NCBI GenBank assembly: GCA_947460575.1
Contig: CANHIJ010000003.1
Span: forward strand, 19,093 to 83,092
Reading direction: 5' to 3'
From: Verrucomicrobiales bacterium
GTDB lineage: Bacteria > Verrucomicrobiota > Verrucomicrobiia > Verrucomicrobiales > V1-33
DNA: 64,000 nucleotides
Both the position numbers and the translations under genes were made by a program. This document shows, piece by piece, positions 63,011 to 64,000 of the stretch. The number at the start of each line of letters is the position of its first letter. Position 1 is the first letter of the stretch. The notes beneath the pieces are model-generated. The model made no database searches and had not been told where the DNA came from. It worked only from the letters and a program-made list of their open reading frames with translations.

Positions 63011-63132
63011 GGGCGTGGCCCTGGGCTAGGGCAGGCCGCGCCGTTGGCGCTCTGGAGTTGCGCCCCAAGGGGCACGCTCTAATGGTGTGCCCCGACGGGG
63101 AAAATGAAGATAGTCCAGGGCAAGGCCCAGGG
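63011..63132. repeat. REP-like palindromes, same family as the 9.3-10 kb cluster
   Basis: 63011-63053 matches 9878-9920 at 39/43 nt; further degenerate GCCCCAAGGGGC and CCAGGGCAAGGCCC units. Confidence 0.8.
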
Positions 63133-63285
63133 CCCGGTGTCCTGGAGGCCAGAGAAAACGGATCGGGCCCCGTGCTTATCGTAGCGCCTAAAAACGGGAG
63201 TTGACTAGCTTCATTCGCGAGCGCGAGGTCTCGGGGTGTTAGGCTTTCTCCTGGCGCGTTGGGCATTTTTGGGGGTGCGGAGCGA

Positions 63286-63645
63286 TGGCACCCCTGCCGG
63301 GGTGCGGATGATACGAAAACGGAGCAACCGGTGGTGTCGCTCCGCTCAACCACCGGCTACCGGCTGAGATGCCTCCGGCATCGGGATGTCTCTGGCATCA
63401 GGCGGGTCTGTTGCTGGCATTGCCGCTGGGCGTGTCGACCATTCACGGTTCGGTAGGGGCATGTGCCAACGGAAGGGATTCACCCAATGGGTGAGGCCTT
63501 TGCGCGGTCAAAAGCCCCCATAGCGTGGCCGCTAGACACGTCGGGCGGCGATGCCGAAGGCATCCCAGCGGGTAGCCGGTGGTTGAGCGAAGCGACACCA
63601 CCGGATTCCATTCCCGAGAGGGCCCGCACCCCGGCAGGGGTGCCA
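63286..63645. mobile_element. Non-coding 360-bp REPIN/MITE-like element with ~97-bp inverted ends
   Basis: 63286-63307 is the exact reverse complement of 63624-63645; 63328-63382 vs 63550-63604 match at 51/55 nt inverted. Confidence 0.7.
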
Positions 63646-64000
63646 GCGCGGCCGCCCCCAAATAGCCCACGCGCCAGTGCTCTGCGCCCACCGAATACGC
63701 TAGTCAACTCCCGCTTTTAGGCATAGAGGCGTGATCGCAAAAATTATTTTGATATTTGATGGAGATCATTTTCAATTTTGTCCCAAAAGGGAAATCGTTG
63801 CCAATTTACTAGCAAATAATCCGACTGGGGGGCGGGGTGCGGTTGGAGCCGCCCTTGGGGTGATCACAGGAGGCCGGCCGCGGGGCTCAGGGGGGCTCAC
63901 TCAAGGTGGGGGCGGGCTCGGCGAGGCCGTAGGCTGGGGCGGGGGAGTTGCTCGGGAGGAAGGGTCCTAACAGGGCGTCGCAGGGGAAGAGGAGGAGGGT

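Noticed and set aside
63746-64000. Open minus-strand frame entering from the window edge (TLLLFPCDALLG...PEPRGRPP...)
   Set aside because: Partial, low-complexity and without a recognisable family; cannot be supported from this window

Overview
High-GC bacterial chromosome segment, most likely Verrucomicrobia (inferred from the PEP-CTERM protein, DUF5069, type-B L31 and lineage-typical C-terminal domains). It is mostly core genome: rplJ(3')-rplL-rpoB-rpoC, lutABC, an M42 peptidase, gnd, moaE-pgsA, tyrA-aroA-cmk, tRNA-Glu, xseB-dxs, rpmE-prfA, lepB, a phytoene/squalene synthase, a tripartite RND pump and a prolyl oligopeptidase, interspersed with envelope proteins of unknown function. The best candidate for an undescribed system is a minus-strand unit at 47434-52616. 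It comprises a TTGACA promoter, a cobalamin riboswitch (apparently lacking P2, with a visible L5-L13 kissing loop) and three exported proteins, each with a different anchor. Two share a domain resembling the BtuH B12-binding domain, and no transporter lies in the operon. Other signals: two clusters of REP-like palindromes, including a 360-bp inverted-repeat element; structured RNAs in the rplJ-rplL and rplL-rpoB spacers; a candidate C-terminal sorting domain shared by two unrelated proteins; and kb-scale G/C strand-skew switches. All family assignments come from motif recognition by eye, not from database searches.
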